A DNA stretch of 64,000 nt from Candidatus Poribacteria bacterium (GTDB lineage Bacteria > Poribacteria > WGA-4E > WGA-3G), in NCBI GenBank assembly GCA_963663765.2, contig CAXXUA010000004.1, forward strand, positions 1,088,001 to 1,152,000, given 5' to 3'. Shown here in pieces: positions 62,818 through 64,000 of the stretch. The stretch's first letter is position 1, and each line of letters begins with the position of its first letter. The translations under genes and the position numbers were made by a program. Below the pieces are notes generated by a model. The model did no database searches. It was not told the DNA's origin and saw only the letters and a program-made list of their open reading frames with translations.

Positions 62818-63831
62818 ACGTGAGTTTGATAATTAAAAACTGGTAAATAGAGAACCCCTTTGTTATTATGAAGTATACCAAATACTTACATAAGGAGTTC
62901 TCTGATGGATATCATAACACTTTTCTGTATAATTGACGATTTTTTTCTTGCGTATCTACAATATCAAGCAAAACACCAGTTGCCAGAAATACCCGGGACA
63001 AGCAATACCCGTGGCAGACCCAGGTGTCTTCATCCTAGCGAAGTTATGACGATACTTATTTATTTTCATCAACATAAGTGTAAAAACTTCAAAACCTATT
63101 ATCAAGAGCATGTCTGTAGCAACCTCCGTTGGGCGTTTCCAAACCTTGTCAGCTATAGTCGGTTTGTGCAGCTTGCACAAGAGGTTTTGATGCCGTTGTC
63201 TATTCTTCTAAACACCCGTTTCGGTGAATGTAATGGGACTTCCTTCATTGACTCAACGCCACTTCCAGTTTGCCATAATCGTCGGATTTCAGCGCATCGT
63301 GTCTTCGCTGATGGGGCAGAACGATCCAAAACCTCTATGGGATGGTTCTACGGGTTCAAACTGCATCTCGTCATCAATGATCAAGGTGAGCTGCTGTCTG
63401 TTATGGTGACACCCGGAAATACGGATGACCGGAAACCTGTGCCACAGTTGACCAAAGGCCTATTTGGCAAACTTTATGCCGATAAAGGATATATCGACAA
63501 AAAGTTGCGGGATAAACTGCGGGAAGAGGGTGTGTCACTCGTTTACAAAGTGCGCAAGAACATGAAACCCGAACCCTTGTCTGATGCTGACGCAGAACTC
63601 CTGAAAAAACGGATGCTCATTGAGTCGGTGAATAAAGAACTCAAAACTCAGACAGAGATCCAACATACACGGCATAGAAGTTATGCTAACTTCCAAGTCA
63701 ATACAGTTGCTGCCTTGATCGCTTATACCTATTTGAAGAAAAAACCCTCACTCAAACACAAAGAACTCAAGGAAATTAATTATCCATACCCAATGATATG
63801 TAACAACTAAAACTATTTATCAAACTCACGT
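62818..63831 (+). mobile_element. IS982-family insertion sequence (1014 bp)
   Basis: TIR ACGTGAGTTTGATAA / TTATCAAACTCACGT; 7-bp TSD tatgtta. Confidence 0.93.
62905..63810 (+). CDS. IS982-family DDE transposase
   Basis: FIDSTPLPVC, GWFYGFKLHL, ADKGY, RMLIESV, HTRHRS. Confidence 0.95.
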   Translation: MDIITLFCIIDDFFLAYLQYQAKHQLPEIPGTSNTRGRPRCLHPSEVMTILIYFHQHKCKNFKTYYQEHVCSNLRWAFPNLVSYSRFVQLAQEVLMPLSILLNTRFGECNGTSFIDSTPLPVCHNRRISAHRVFADGAERSKTSMGWFYGFKLHLVINDQGELLSVMVTPGNTDDRKPVPQLTKGLFGKLYADKGYIDKKLRDKLREEGVSLVYKVRKNMKPEPLSDADAELLKKRMLIESVNKELKTQTEIQHTRHRSYANFQVNTVAALIAYTYLKKKPSLKHKELKEINYPYPMICNN

Positions 63832-64000
63832 TATGTTATCAACGCGGAGTCTTTCATATCCACAACACTCCGAATAAATTCCAGGATAGCACGTCCAGTC
63901 AGTTCTTTCGCCATCCTTGCTACATACTACCTTGCCACCGCGTTCAACTGCTCCCAGAATGGCAGTTTTTTCCGTGCCACGACCGCGTTTCGCAGGTTCT

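Larger units (their letters stand above)
62552..64000 (-). pseudogene. IS1595-family (ISXO2-like) transposase, disrupted, runs off the window end
   Basis: KRGRGTEKTAILGAVERGG...ALIT / EYKAY..INH..FVDGDVHTNTIEGFWGLLKR..Y..YVAE..YKYN; split by IS982, with an additional frameshift and stop. Confidence 0.85.

Overview
AT-rich bacterial chromosome segment. It is probably Candidatus Poribacteria or a relative; this is inferred from the PhyH gene, the LRR/cohesin/dockerin/FlgD-Ig-CTD protein architectures and the gene content, not from a database match. Housekeeping content: a tRNA(Thr,Tyr,Gly,Thr)-rpmG-tRNA(Trp)-secE-nusG-rplKAJL cluster lacking tuf and rpoBC, rpoZ, mqnC, a PpiD-like PPIase, an Ogg-type glycosylase, and hemE-(MBL/TPR)-hemH-hemY. 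Surface and secretion content: a ~3930-aa Ig-repeat protein with a T9SS-like C-terminal domain next to a PorV-like barrel and a LysM protein, a cytochrome c-LRR-cohesin-dockerin-CTD protein, and a metzincin-LamG protein. Mobile content: an intact IS982 inside a dead IS1595 transposase, and an IS5 remnant. Most intergenic spacers are filled with nested non-autonomous elements: at least 7 TIR-defined MITE families carrying at least 7 GTAG/GTGG REP-like families. The most unusual signals are (1) a family of 34-68 bp hairpin + CGTTGATTTG micro-elements inserted without target duplication, in fixed orientation, at C^G inside REP hairpins, with covarying stems; (2) an ORF-less IS605/TnpB-type element with an omega-RNA-like right end in the tRNA-operon leader, 25 nt before tRNA-Thr; (3) a rare tRNA-Leu(AAG); (4) the PorV/giant-cargo locus bracketed by inverted MITEs; (5) an N-terminal Cys cluster in HemH and an MBL-TPR gene embedded in the heme operon.
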